DNA of 63,900 bases. It comes from Chara braunii (Eukaryota; Plantae; Charophyceae). Numbering within the stretch: the first letter of the stretch is position 1; every line of letters begins with the position of its first letter. Shown one piece after another: positions 28,091-41,495 of the stretch. The translations under genes and the position numbers were made by a program. The stretch spans positions 3,087,544 to 3,151,443 of the forward strand of contig BFEA01000042.1 in NCBI GenBank assembly GCA_003427395.1, given 5' to 3'. A model generated the notes under the pieces. The model made no database searches and was not told where the DNA came from. It saw only the letters and a list, made by a program, of their open reading frames with translations.

Positions 28091-30832
28091 GCGCAAGGAG
28101 CCAATTGTGGGAAAACCCCGATTGTGGAGGCTTACAACATCTGTAGACGATGTCAGAGGCGCTGCCTTCGGCATTCGAAAAGGTCCTTCCGGCTGGACCG
28201 AACGGGTACTACCTGCAGTGACCCAGAAACCGGCCTTCAAACCTGAAATGTACCTGGCTTCAACCGTGGGACATATACAGTTCCTGAAGGCGGGATGGAG
28301 AACAGATGAGGAAAGAAAAGAGAAGTCTGACAAAAAGACGGAAAGGAAAGGGAAGAGGGGGGCGGGGGGGATTATATTGCAACCAGGCAAAACTTGTGCC
28401 CTGACCGTCCAGATTTTTCAGCGTTATGCTAAAAGCGCGCGTTGGGGAAATGAGGCTTGGGGGCTCGTTAGACACTCCTTGGGGACGCAAAATCCCCAAG
28501 GAATTGTTCATTCTGCCTATCCTCGGGAATGCAATCGAAAAAAAAAAGTGGAAGCACTCGTAGGGAAATTCCTCGGGCAATAGGACTTTCCCCAACCATT
28601 TCTTCCTATTGCCCAAAGGACCTCGCAAGGTCCCTTGGGCACAAGGAATCCGCGTCTCAAGAAGAGGAGAAGGCACACACGTAGAGAGATGTTACAGCCG
28701 ACTTGGAGAATCAGGATCGTGGCGGCACCCTATTGGCTAAAGGCCCGAAGCACAACTGTTTATTTTTTTCTTTTCTTTTTTCTTTTCCGACATCGCACTT
28801 AGGGAATGTCCTCGGCCGACGTCCCCGAGGAAAGGTGGAACAACGGCCCAAATTTCTTTTTTCTTTTCCGACATCGCTCCTAGGGAATGTCCTCGGGCGG
28901 CTGACAGTAGGAGGACGACAACAGCGTGGTGGTGCCCGAAGGCTCCTAAGACGATGCGGCGGCTGGCGGGCGATGGTAGGAGGATGACAAGATAGAGCGA
29001 GATAGCAACTACCATCTCCAGGCGAGTAGAAGTCGGGTGCTGGGTTGTGGGGGGGACTGCTTATGCCGTACTTTGCTCGAAGAGGAGGAACGTTGTGAGG
29101 GTTGTGAGGGGGGCGGGGAGTGGGAGGGAGCGCACTACTTCAAGGTNNNNNNNNNNNNNNNNNNNNNNNNNNNNNNNNNNNNNNNNNNNNNNNNNNNNNN
29201 NNNNNNNNNNNNNNNNNNNNNNGAAGAGGAGGAACGTTGTGAGGGTTGTGAGGGGGGGGGGGGGGGGGGAGCACACTACTTCAAGGTGATACCGCGAGGA
29301 GGTGCGAAGATGCGTCGCGGTGGCGCCACGTGAGGAGTGGTTGGCAATGGCACATGAGGGTTCATGGCTAGTAGCTTAGTTTCCTCCGCTTTCCTTCATC
29401 TACACAACGTGAGGTGGGAGACAGGGTTCTGCTGAGGGCTTGAATCTCCTATGGTAAGTCGTCGGCGGGCTCGACGAGGCGTTGCAACACCATCCAGTTC
29501 TTTGTAGGGTTGTGGATGACCGTTGATACCTTTGTTGCTGGCGTCGACACTGTGGTCGGCAGCTAAAGCTGTCTTAGTCGGCAGATGGAGGGTGGCTTAC
29601 GTTTCCCTCCCGAAGGTGGTGGGGGTTGGTTTGAGCGATGGTAGGTGAACTCTTTATGGAAAGTAACGCTTCAAGGAGGAAGGAGGACATCGCCATCTCA
29701 TGTGAAGCTTGCTGCGGGTGATGAAGGTTGCGCGTTAACATGATCTCAGGGTTTCGTTTTCAATAGTTTTTCTGATTCGTTGACTTTGTATTGTTTGTTT
29801 GCCCTCTCTCTCTTGATTCCTAAGTCCGCATGTCGTAATGCTTGATGTTCACCAAATGATGATGAACTAATTAGGTTTTTCGAATTTTGTCTTCTCTATT
29901 CCGAATTTCTGATTTGATTGTTGTAGGTGTATCACTCGGTTGTTTTTTTTTTTTTTTTTTTTTTTTTAAATCGATCCCTCCAGTGCTAGCGATGCTGATA
30001 AGAGCAGACACCGCTAGCACCAGGGGATAGGCTCCATCTATTGGTGGGGAGCATCACCTACTGGAAAACGGGTCCAACGTCCCTTTTGAGAATACACATC
30101 AGAAAAACCATAGGAAAAACCTGCCAGCATTGATTGCCCTAGAGACCAGGGGATTGACTGAGCAGGGAGAGAGCCTCTTCACCCTGATTTCGGCGTCAGA
30201 TGACCACTGCTGCGAACTGACTACCTCCTCCCTCGTCTAACCCCAGTTTTTTTTTTGTAAGCACTTGAGCAGAGCTGCTGGGAACCGGGTTCAGAATCCC
30301 TTCAACATCCCTTTCTGAGATGTCTTATCCTTCTAAAGCGGTAGCTGGGGCCCAGTCAGGGCCACTGGGGGGCACCAGTGAGCCGTTTCTGTTCCCTTGC
30401 TAGCCCTTCCTTCCCACATTCCAGTCTGTCATTGCAGCTCTAACCCGTCGCATTTGTATCGAGCGTTGACTGGGATAACTGTAGTTTCTCCTGTCCATCT
30501 GTTTCAACTTACTCCTCTAATGATTGTTAAGAACAGGAAGTTAGATCCGAAGTCCTGCTGCCAGCATTGACTGCCCCAGTAGCTGGGGGGTTAAATGTGC
30601 AGCAAAATAAACTTGTTCGGTCAGCAGAAAAAGAANNNNNNNNNNNNNNNNNNNNNNNNNNNNNNNNNNNNNNNNNNNNNNNNNNNNNNNNNNNNNNNNN
30701 NNNNNNNNNNNNNNNNNNNNNNNNNNNNNNNNNNNNAAAAAAAAAAAGAACAAAAAAAAGGAAGAAAAAAAAAAAAGAACAAAAAAAAAGAACTTTGACA
30801 GGCTCCCCCCCAAAAATTACTGCTGTGATGTG

Positions 30833-33800
30833 TCAAATCATTATCGTCTCCACTAGAGCAAGCGGATGTGGTGGGAATGGGTCTGGAAAATCTGTTGGAG
30901 GGCGCAATGGGAAGGAGGGTTCTATGGTTGTCCAGTCATTAAAGACTAGGCGATCGTCCCTGTACTCCGCGAGGTCTCCTGGATGCACCCCTTCTTTGTC
31001 CCTCCTCCACTCGACCCTCGCTACCCATCCTCCTCTCTCTCCTCCCAGCCTGTCTCTGCAGAAGGAGGAGATTGCCCGTTGGATGTCTCTATTGGTGCGA
31101 AAAAGGTCCAGCTGGGATTTCAAGAGCTTCCATTTCCTCATAATTTGCATGTTCAAATGCTGTTGAATCTCAGCAGTCAGCTCTGGGCCTTCTATTACCA
31201 CTTGCTCCATTGCCAAGATGCACCTTTGCCACCAGAGCCCCCATAATACTGCTCTCCGGCCCAGTCTGAACATGTTTTCTACAAAGTCATATAACTCCCG
31301 GGCCAATAGCCTGTGAGGATGGCCCACTATGACCAGGGCCATGGCGGGTCTGGGGTCATTTTCCTCCATATTCTGTCCCACCGGCGCCATGTTAGCTGTG
31401 CGGTTGGGCACTGCGTAAAAACATGTTCAATGGTTTCTGACCTTTTCCTTGAGGGAAAGGCCTGCAGACAGCGTGGACACCAGGGGAGGGTTTTTCCTTT
31501 TTGCTCCATGTTTGTGTGATCAATTAACGAGTTCATAGTCGGTAGGCAACGATGGGCGATCTGCCACTGCAATGAAGTGATTTTTGCCGGTTTGGATTTT
31601 CCTTCCTGGAACCAGGGGATTGGGTTAAGGAGCGACCGATCGACATTAAGATGCTTTGCCCATCTATCGATTATCAAGTCTCTCAAACATCTCTTAGGTA
31701 TGAGTATTCTATAGGTCGATTTAACAGAGAGTTTATGCAGCCTGATCTCCTTAGTGGGGCCTGCTCTTCTTCCCCCTGGTTTCCATGCCCACTCCTCAGG
31801 ATCAAGGGGTAGGTCTTGTAGCCGCGTGGCTGGTTTAAAGCCCGAGCCTCCTCTCCCTCCCCCAGAACCCACACCCGGAGAATCTATGTCGTGTCCATCC
31901 ATATGAGAGGGGCCTGGCTGCCTTGTAGCGCCTGAGATTGGGAAATTGTGTATCTTTCCACCAGGGCACCCTGGGGTGTCGTCAGATGAACTCTCCCCAG
32001 ATGTGTCGGGTCTCCTGTAATTCCTACCGAGTCCCCTTCCATCAGTCTGGGGCATTTCTTTAACTTCGTATACCAGGCGAGTGGGATTCTCTCTATGAGT
32101 TCATCCAGGTTCTGAGAGACAAAGTGACAATGTTTCAATATCTGGTGCAGTTCCTCTGTAGTTTTCCAGTTTTGGGTCCTTGCATTCCATATGTCCCCTA
32201 TTCTGGTCACCCCTCGTTTTACCCAACCTTTCCAAGGTGGGGTTGAGCTATTCATCACTTGTCCCTTTCTGTTTGTCAGCCATCGGTTTTCGAATAGAGG
32301 TTGCCGGATAATCTCCTCCCACCGGTCGGGGTGCTGCCGTTTTGGTAGGGGGAGGCGCCGCCAACTTTTTAACAGGGAGGGCCAAAATTGATCCATTGTC
32401 CCTTTCGTGATCCCCCCTCTGTCGGACCATTTTTTTTGTATTGTCCAGAAACGGTCCTCTATCAAGGTGAGGGGGTGTACTTCGGGGGGGGGTGGGGGGA
32501 ACTAAACGTGCTAGGTGTTCTAAAGCCAGAGGTTGCCAGGGGTTATCCATGTCGAAGACCAGTTTCTTGATCCATTGGAGGCGCAGGGCTTCGGCTTGCG
32601 TTGAAGGTTCTATTATCCCTAGCCCTCCTGCTCTTTTGGGTTGGATGACCAAGTCCCAAGCTACCCTGCTGATAACATTTTCCAGATCGTCGTCCCCTCG
32701 CCATAAGAAGGCTGCCACCTTGGTTTAGGGAGCGTACCGCCTCTTTGCTTAGAGACCAGACTAAGGATTTGTACCAGAGAGAGACGAATATCACGTTATT
32801 TATTGTCGGTGCCCTTCCTAGGAGGGAGGTGGATTTGTTCCCCCAGCTGGCAAGCTTGGCCAAAGCCGGGGCCCTAATCCATTCGTCGTTATTTGGTGGG
32901 CAACCTGTTGCTGTCATTGAGACCCCCAGAATTCTAATTGGGGTCTCCAAAGGTTGCCACGAGATGCGAGGAGACTCCGGGGAGCGCCCGCCTTGGGAGT
33001 GGATCCACCATCCTTGTGTCTTAGTCCCTCAATTGACCATCATGTCCGACACCTGGGCAAAATGCTCCATCACTCTTTGGATTCCTTCCAATTTCTTGAT
33101 CGTGGCTTGTACCATGATTGTGAGGTCATCTGCAAACAAGGAGCAAATCGGGACCGCCTCTTCAGAAATGTGAGTCATTTTAATCCATGAGAGGTCCTTG
33201 TTTTTTCGGATATTCGCAGATAGGGCTTCCATGATGATGAGAAACAAAAAAGGGGCTAATGAATCCCCTTGTCGCACTGAGTGTTCCCATTTTATGGGAG
33301 GGGCCAACGAGCCATTTATTTGAACGCTTGTGGTGACATTTTGGTGGAGAATTCGTATCCATCGCATAAACACCGGCCAAAAATTCATCCTTTGAAGACA
33401 CCTGTCCAAGAACTCCCAGTCTACATGGTCATAGGCTTTTTCGAAGTCTATGAACACCAGTGCAGCGTTCTGGTTCGAGTGTTTGGTCAGTTGTAATACC
33501 TCATGTACTGGAAGCACATTCTCTTGGATATTCTTGTTTTGCATGAACCCTGTTTGCGCCAGGTGGATGATGTCTTCCGTAACCGGAATCATCCTGTTGG
33601 CCAGCGCCTTAGCCAGTAGTTTTTACGTAACTATGAGCAAGGTGATTGACCTATAGTTCCGTATGTTCATACTATCACCTTTCACGTACATGTGAAAACA
33701 CGTTCGGTGGGATAACGGCGTCTAAAGGTATCGAAGAACGATGGGGCGTCGCACACTTCTCCTATCATTCTTTCATCTTCTTCCGCGTTCCTCACCGTGG

Positions 33801-36700
33801 ATGCGGGCACTTTCCACCAGTCGAGCCATCTGTCCGGAGCCGCGTTAAAATCTTCGGCTAGAATCAAGGGGATATTAGGGTGCATTATGGATGTAATCTT
33901 TTCTAGGAAGATCTTGCGTTCCTGAAGAGTGTTGGGTGCCTATATGCAGACAATTTGTATCACTTCCAATTCCAGTATGGACACCCACCTGCCCTCTTCC
34001 TTATCTGAGTCTCAGTAGATCACCTCTAATCTTGAGTCGGGGGGGATTCATATTGCCATCCTCGCCCTCCCTGGGCCCGGGGAGTGTCCTTGGTAGGACT
34101 GGTATGACCAGACTGTTTTGAGCGCCCTGCGGTGACTAGGAGTGTCCATTAGGTGTGTCTCCTGAACACACACGACATCTGGCCACATCCTACCACCCAC
34201 CCCTCTCAAGAAATCCCAAATAGCCTGGATTTTTTCCGGACTGGTTGATGTCAGGCCATTAACGTTAATGGACCTGAGATCTAAGTTTGTCGTTTGTAGG
34301 GTTTGTTTCCATGCACGATTTTTTCCATACAATGCAGATACCCAATCCATGTGAACCCTTCACATTCCTTTCCGGTTTGTTAGCTCAAAACCTTTGCCAT
34401 GATTGCTGGTCTCAATTGATACTGCCATTGATAATGTCTTTTCGAGCGGTTTTGCATAAGCAGGTGATCAAATCATCCCCTGACCATATTTGGCTCGGTT
34501 TCACCTTGAGACTCTGCATTTCCAGTAGCATGTTATGGCTCAGCCAGGTGAGACCAGCTTCCTTGTGTTCTTCAAAAAGTACAAACACATCCCAGCCTGC
34601 CACTTTGTTCGGGCCCCCTGACGTGATTCGGGAGGCCGTGGCTCCCGGTTCGTAGTGGTTTGCTACAAAGCTCTTAACTTCTTTGAGCCAGAACCCCCTT
34701 GGGTCATCTTGTCGCCATCCGTGGAGGGCCACCCCCCCAAAAGAAGGGACATAATCGTTATGGTCAGCTGGGGAGAGCCTTAGTTCCCATTTCCCCGCTC
34801 TCTTTCTGATTGGGAACACCAGGGTCTTACTAACCCCGTTTAATGTTGTCTCATGACGTCCTTTTTCCATCAGGTGGAGCAGTTTGGACCTGCGGGATGG
34901 CTCCTGGTCGTCCTTATCTCCTTAAGGGGGTGTCTGGGATTCGGGATCGTGTTGGTGCATCTCTGTGTCACCCTGGTCAGTGTGTTCCTGTTCCTCACCG
35001 CGTATTTGGTCCCCTTCCTTGTGGGCTTGTCCCCCCGATGGAGGCTTCTGGCCGTTCTGTTGTGGGGGGGGAGGAGTTGCCTTTGCACAATGTGCCACAC
35101 CCGGTGTAGGGTTGCTTGTCAGTTCGTGCCCGGGGGTAGTCCTTGCTCCAAGGTCTGCTTTAGGGTGTCGCTACTGTCCAACATGTTGAACAGGTGTACA
35201 TATGCATCGTTCCACCAGGGTGTGGGGGGGTGTTGGTATTGCGGGCGCAGATTGTCCAGAAGCCAGTCTGCCAAGCCCCTGATTTTCTCTTTTGTGCCTC
35301 CTTTGGCTAAGGGGAAATCCTGCTGAGCCGTTCCAGCCCCTGCTTTCTCCACCTCAGGTATAGGAGGGGGACTATCCACTTCCATGGGTTTGGCCCCGAA
35401 AGTCGGGCCCAGGCGGTCTTTCCCCTGGTTGGGCGATAGGGATGGGCAGGGGGAACTCGGGACCGGAGCCTGGGCTGTTTCGTCCTTCTTGTCCTTTTCT
35501 CCGTCTTTCTGATTCCTTATTTCTTGTCTTACCTCCAAGGCGGGCTTTGTCCTGTCCATAGGGTTCTTCCTCGTTTCTCCTTTCTTTTCCGCGGTCTGTA
35601 TCGGGCCTGCCCCCTTGTGGTTCCCTTCCTTGGGGCTGTTCGCCGACCCCTTCCTTTCCGTCTAATCTGTACTCAGGATAGAGAGCTGATTCTCATCCGT
35701 GTTTATCCCGTCCTTTTCTTGAGGTTTCCCCCCCCCTATCGGTTGTCTTTTCTATGTTGTAATTCTTGATATTTTTTCTAATGATGATGATCTGATTCAG
35801 TGTTTTCTGTTGGTGGTTTCATCTGATAATATAGTTTCTTGAAATAAATTTTTAAACATTTTGTGCCATATATTTTTGCTAAACATTTCTCAAACCATAG
35901 TTTGAGAATCTGACTCGAAAATCCTTTATGGATATCTAAACCTAAATTTCGTATATTTTTTTCGTATTTTTTGTCTTTTAGTAGCTTTCCTTATCATTGA
36001 TCTTATGGTCTGTATTGTTTTCTTGATTTCTGATACAAATTCGTTTCTGATCTTCGATGCCTAAAAGTAGGCATCTGAAGTATTTTTCAAAAATAATAAA
36101 CTTACGGTTGCTAATCTTAATACCGTGCGACACATTTTGATTCGGATTGACTTTCTTTGTTTGCTAATCTCAACTTCCTGGTCTTGAGGGGTATAATTGT
36201 GGCTTGCTGTGTATATCTGTGGGGTCTTTCTTGTGGGCTGGAGCCTCCTCCCGTGAGGGTTTCACAAGGAGGGAGGTGTTATTCTTGGAGGGGGGAGGCG
36301 GTATTGGGGGATTGTTTTCTCTTAGCCAGACTGATTTAGGGTCGGATCAGTACTAGCGGGTGGGGAGAGGAGGCAAAGGGGGTGGCTGCTTATAGCAGGG
36401 TGTTTGTTTTTTGAGGGAAGGAGTGACTTCGATGGCTACACAGTGAGCCGAGGGGGGGAAAGCTAGAATTGAAGGAAGGAAGGCAGAAAGGGGGTTTTCA
36501 ACTGGAAAGGTTGTTTGTTAGGGTAAGTAGGTAGAAGGACGATGTTGGGACAACACAGGCCGGTGCTGGAGCCTTGCTCTGTAACCCGGGGGGAGCTTGA
36601 GGCCTGTGAAGTTATGCCGAGGGTGGAAGGCATAACCAGATCGTCCATCGAAGTTGGTGCCTGGGTATTGACCCTGTAACCTGCTTAGGGGCTTGCCGCT
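30833..36700 (-). mobile_element. Decayed L1/Tx1-clade LINE (LINE-B), distinct family, internal deletion near 33680
   Basis: APE: RSINVNGL, VCVQETH, LAEDFN. RT: AQTGFM, FIDFEKAYDHV, VRQGDSLAP, LFADDL. C-terminus: WQIAHRCLPT..CPRC..ETIEHVFTQC. ORF1 remnants at 34412-36700; 5' limit uncertain. Confidence 0.88.
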
Positions 36701-39017
36701 AAGGGATTTGTCGAGGGAGGAAGGCACTTCCTGTCCGTCAGAGCTAGGTTGATCGGTACTGGGGAGGGTTGTGGTGCCCTGTTACCNNNNNNNNNNNNNN
36801 NNNNNNNNNNNNNNNNNNNNNNNNNNNNNNNNNNNNNNNNNNNNNNNNNNNNNNNNNNNNNNNNNNNNNNNNNNNNNNNNNNNNNNNNNNNNNNNNNNNN
36901 NNNNNNNNNNNNNNNNNNNNNNNNNNNNNNNNNNNNNNNNNNNNNNNNNNNNNNNNNNNNNNNNNNNNNNNNNNNNNNNNNNNNNNNNNNNNNNNNNNNN
37001 NNNNNNNNNNNNNNNNNNNNNNNNNNNNNNNNNNNNNNNNNNNNNNNNNNNNNNNNNNNNNNNNNNNNNNNNNNNNNNNNNNNNNNNNNNNNNNNNNNNN
37101 NNNNNNNNNNNNNNNNNNNNNNNNNNNNNNNNNNNNNNNNNNNNNNNNNNNNNNNNNNNNNNNNNNNNNNNNNNNNNNNNNNNNNNNNNNNNNNNNNNNN
37201 NNNNNNNNNNNNNNNNNNNNNNNNNNNNNNNNNNNNNNNNNNNNNNNNNNNNNNNNNNNNNNNNNNNNNNNNNNNNNNNNNNNNNNNNNNNNNNNNNNNN
37301 NNNNNNNNNNNNNNNNNNNNNNNNNNNNNNNNNNNNNNNNNNNNNNNNNNNNNNNNNNNNNNNNNNNNNNNNNNNNNNNNNNNNNNNNNNNNNNNNNNNN
37401 NNNNNNNNNNNNNNNNNNNNNNNNNNNNNNNNNNNNNNNNNNNNNNNNNNNNNNNNNNNNNNNNNNNNNNNNNNNNNNNNNNNNNNNNNNNNNNNNNNNN
37501 NNNNNNNNNNNNNNNNNNNNNNNNNNNNNNNNNNNNNNNNNNNNNNCTTGCCGCTAAGGGATTTGTCGAGGGAGGAAGGCACTTCCTGTCCGTCAGAGCT
37601 AGGTTGATCGGTACTGGGGAGGGTTGTGGTGCCCTGTTACCCTAGCAAAAGGGGGGTATGAGATCAAGAGTGCTCTGATACGTGGACTGAAAGCCTGGAC
37701 TGACGCCCCATCTGTTGGAAGGGGGACTTTGGGATAGTAGGCAGTTTTAGTCTCGTCCCCCCGCTCTTATATTTTTCTAAAGCTTGTCGAATGTTCTAAA
37801 TTTTGGCCAATTAGATTTTCTAGTAGTTCCTAGTCTCATTTTCATGAAATTTTCTGACGAGTTTTCTGAACGTACTCGTCATGGGACGGTGGGCCCGGTT
37901 CCCAGTTTGTGCCAATTTGTGAGGATATGGTTGTATCTATTGGACGCTGGACCCAGTTTCCAGCAGGTGCTGCTCCCCACCAATAGATGGAGCTCGTTTT
38001 TTCCAAAAAAAAAAAAAAAGAAAAAAAAAAAAAGAGTTTTTTCTATTGCCCCAGGATTTCAAAAGGAGTGTCTAACGACGCATTGGAACCACTCGTTCGT
38101 GAATAAGCCATAGTAGGACACCACGTAACACGAACGTGTGTCAAAGCCCCCTCCTCTGAGGTAGCAATCAATGCTGTTGACAAAATCCTTCCCTGTTTTT
38201 TACTCAAGAAAGTGAGAGGGGGGTGAGGGGAAGGGTCACATTGTATGTGTTAGACCACCAATACGTCTCCCACCCATTTTGCAGAAACACGTAGTGCATG
38301 CTGGCCCGTCAGGCAGGATGCACCGGGGTCCATTTTCAGCCTAAGTTCACCCAAGTGAAACAGGTTGCATGTGGGGCCTGTTTTGCCTAGATGGGTTTCG
38401 GGCACACCCCCATGCATGCCGCCCGACGTGCCAGGATCCACAGTGCGTTTCTGGAAAATGGATGGGAAACTTACTGGTGGCTTAAAGGACTAGTTGTTGC
38501 AAACCTCTTTTTCCTTGTCCTGATTTTGGCCCGGCACTAGGAAGTCTGAACTGTCTCGGCACACACGATTTGCCTGGAACCAGCAACCTTTTCGCAGTGG
38601 ACAATCTGACCCTTCCCACGGCTGCATGTTAACTGAAGGGGGTTTTGCCAAAGGTTGGGCCAAGAACTGGCCCAGCACAGGAGACCCCAAAATGCTGCCC
38701 GACGAACCAAACCTGTCCCCTCCAGGCTAATACGTTGAAAGCACGGCCTGAGTGTACATGGCCTCTACTTCTTCATAGGCGCTTTTGCTGGTGGTTGAAC
38801 TGTGTGGAAGAAAAATGGAAGGCTGGGCCTGAGGCTGTCTGGGTACCAGCTACCTTAATATGGTAATTATAAGGTCGTAATACGGTGCTACGTTTCAGTT
38901 CACAATCCAGCTATGTTTCAGTTCACAATCCAGCAGGTCAAGTTCCCCGCCAATGGAAACTAAGGAGCAATGATCAGCAACACCTCCATCCAGATGGTGC
39001 TCTTTATCACCAGCAGG

Positions 39018-39329
39018 TAGTGCCGTACCCCCGTTCACCGTTCACGGCCCTGGTGAACGCGGGCCGGTCACCGGTCATGTTTTTCGTGACCGGTTGTCTT
39101 TTTTTTTTTTTTTCAGTGGTAGGGGGGCTGCCAATTTTTTAAATTTGTTTTTTCGATCGGAAAATATTTTATTTTATTTTTTGGAAAAAAAAAAAAAAGG
39201 TCGGGCCTCGTTTCCGGACAGGAGGGTTGGCCAACTTGGCTGTTGGGTTGTCGGTGGTCGACCAGGCCCTTCGCATAAAGCACCAACTGCAACGGGGGTC
39301 TTCATTCACTCTAATTTTACTGGCCTCTG

Positions 39330-39389
<60 letters not shown>

Positions 39390-39712
39390 CTGCGCCAACC
39401 CCCCACAAATTTGTTTATTTTTTTTCCCCTGTTTTTGACGCTTGTCCAGCAGGGTCCTGCGCCNCCCCCCNCCNCCNCCCCCAAAGTTTTTTTTTTTTAT
39501 CCAAGACACCCCACTGTTTTTTTTTTTTGTTTTTTTTTTTTCACGCTTGAAAGGCATGGGGGNGTAGAAGGCCCCCNCNCCNCCCCCCNCCCGNCCCGAT
39601 CCCAACCGTAGGGGCACCCACGTGGCAGGAAAACCCGTGAACGGCCGTTCACGGATTCTGGCCCCGCCGGTCACGTTCACCGGTGCCGGTCACGTTGACG
39701 GCGCAGGCACTT
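39018..39712. mobile_element. Non-autonomous hAT-like element
   Basis: Ends TAGTGCC...GGCACTT. 8-bp TSD CCAGCAGG (39010-39017, 39713-39720). Subterminal CGTTCAC/CCGGTCAC repeats. Confidence 0.7.
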
Positions 39713-39769
39713 CCAGCAGGACTGAAGGTTGCATCTTTTTTTTTTGAGAAAGGGCGAGGTCATGGTTTG

Positions 39770-40160
39770 AGTTTGTAAATGCATTTCAAACTTCCCTTTC
39801 GCAGTACAGTCCGGTCCGAAGTTTACAATGCAGTCGAAACTCCGCTTTCAAATTGCAGAAAAGTTGCACTGCGGAGTTTCTAACTGCAATTCAGTCAGGC
39901 ACGTGGCCGTTTTTTTTTTTTTTTTTTTTTTTTTCCCTCTGGGTGTGGCGAAGGCCCAAGACATCTCGTCGTGTGGCTAGGCCACGGCCGAGATGCCTCG
40001 GCCACGACAGAGATTAGAAGGGCCAAAAAAAAAACAAAAAAAAACCGTGCCTGACTGAACTGCACGGTGCGACTTTTCTGCAAAGCGGAGTCTCGACTGC
40101 ATTGTAAAGTTCGGACCGGACTGTACTGCGAAACGGCAGTTTGAAATGAATTTGCAAACT
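39770..40160. mobile_element. Foldback/MITE with ~120-bp inverted arms
   Basis: TTTCGCAGTACAGTCCGGTCCGAAGTTTACAATGCAGTCGA.. is inverted as ..TCGACTGCATTGTAAAGTTCGGACCGGACTGTACTGCGAAA. Confidence 0.75.
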
Positions 40161-41010
40161 GCTTTAAATTTGTGACTGCCCCCTAGTTACCCCCCTTTTT
40201 CTTTTTTAACACTGCAATCTATTTGTGGGGAGCAGCATGTGCTGGGAACTGGGCCCAGTGTCCCTCACAATAATATTACATCAGATTACAACGAGCATTT
40301 TACGATACATCTGATGAACGACTGAAGGTTTTGCATCTTGATGTTCGATGGGGAAAAGAAAAAGAGGATTGAACTTGTTGAAGCATAATTCTGCTGGGGG
40401 AGAAACGAGAGAAAAGGAAAATTATGGTGAATAAAGCCCATAAATGGGTACCAGCTACCCTATAATTGTCGTATAGGGTCCTATGGTGCTATTTTTCAGT
40501 TCACAATCTATTATGGGACCAGATCCAAGAACTCTGTCCATTTTGTATCCAGCAGGTCCAGCTCCCCACCAATGGAAAGGTGTCATCATCAGGAACATAA
40601 TTTTTTTTTTCTTTTTTGGGGTGGGAAACTGCTCGTGGGTCACATTTTTAGTTCGAAATGGGCAGGAAAAAACAGGTACTGGCAGAATGGCCAGGGCCAG
40701 AGTTCTAAAAGGCAAAAAAAACATTACCTGGTAGGCAGAGGGCCTCAGTTTGTTACAGCAGAACAAGCCTGTCAGGCATATCTTGCTTTAAATTTCCCTT
40801 TTGTTGTTGTTCTTGTTTGCTAACTGCAGTGATGACCGCGGGGCTATAACGCCTGAGGCTCACGGAGGGCGCACTCTCACAGGTTCTACAGATTCTGTAT
40901 CCAGCTGCTTAAAGTTTCACGACCATTCTACAGATTCTGTATCCAGCTGCTTTCATGACCGTAAAATACAAGGGTTGTTGCTGAGTACCAGAAAATGAAA
41001 TACAAGGGTT

Positions 41011-41312
41011 GAGATGTCAGCCACGCCCGTGGCCGGGCCACGGCTGAGATGTCCAGGGCACGCTAGTGGCTGGGTCATGGCCGCGATGTCTAGGCCACAC
41101 CCGTGGCTGAGCCACGGATGAGATGTCTAGGCCATGCCCGTGGCTGGGCCATGGCTGGGCCATGGCCGAGATGTCTACGCCACGCCCGTGGCTGGGCCAT
41201 GGCCGAGATGTCTAGGTCGCATGCCTGGTCCAGATGTCTAGGCAACGCCCATGGCTGGGCACGACCGAGATGTCTAGGCCCGTGGCTGGGCAAGGACAGA
41301 GATGTCTAGGCC
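41011..41312. repeat. ~35-40 bp tandem repeat GAGATGTCTAGGCCACGCCCGTGGCTGGGCCATGGCC, ~8 copies
   Basis: Direct inspection; degenerate contiguous copies. Confidence 0.85.
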
Positions 41313-41319
41313 ACAGTAC

Positions 41320-41495
41320 AGTCACAAAAACGAGTTATAATTGCACTACGGGGCAAGATACAGCTTGCAATTCAATTCGCACTTCAGGCACCCTACCTGG
41401 CCAGAAAGCTGGGTTGTATAGTACATCGCCCGAACTGCAATTCGAAACTGTACTTTGGCCCCTAGTGCAATCAATTATAACTCGTCTTTGTGACT
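41320..41495. mobile_element. MITE-like element; partial second copy at ~42836-42970
   Basis: AGTCACAAAAACGAGTTATAATTGCACTA / TAGTGCAATCAATTATAACTCGTCTTTGTGACT inverted ends. Shared core GGCACCCTACCTGGCCAGAAAGCTGGGTTGTATA. Confidence 0.65.

Noticed and set aside
36692-37641. ~95-bp direct repeat flanking a gap (also 29080-29146 vs 29223-29287) as LTRs or TSDs
   Set aside because: Identical sequence on both edges of an N gap is typical of unmerged contig overlap.
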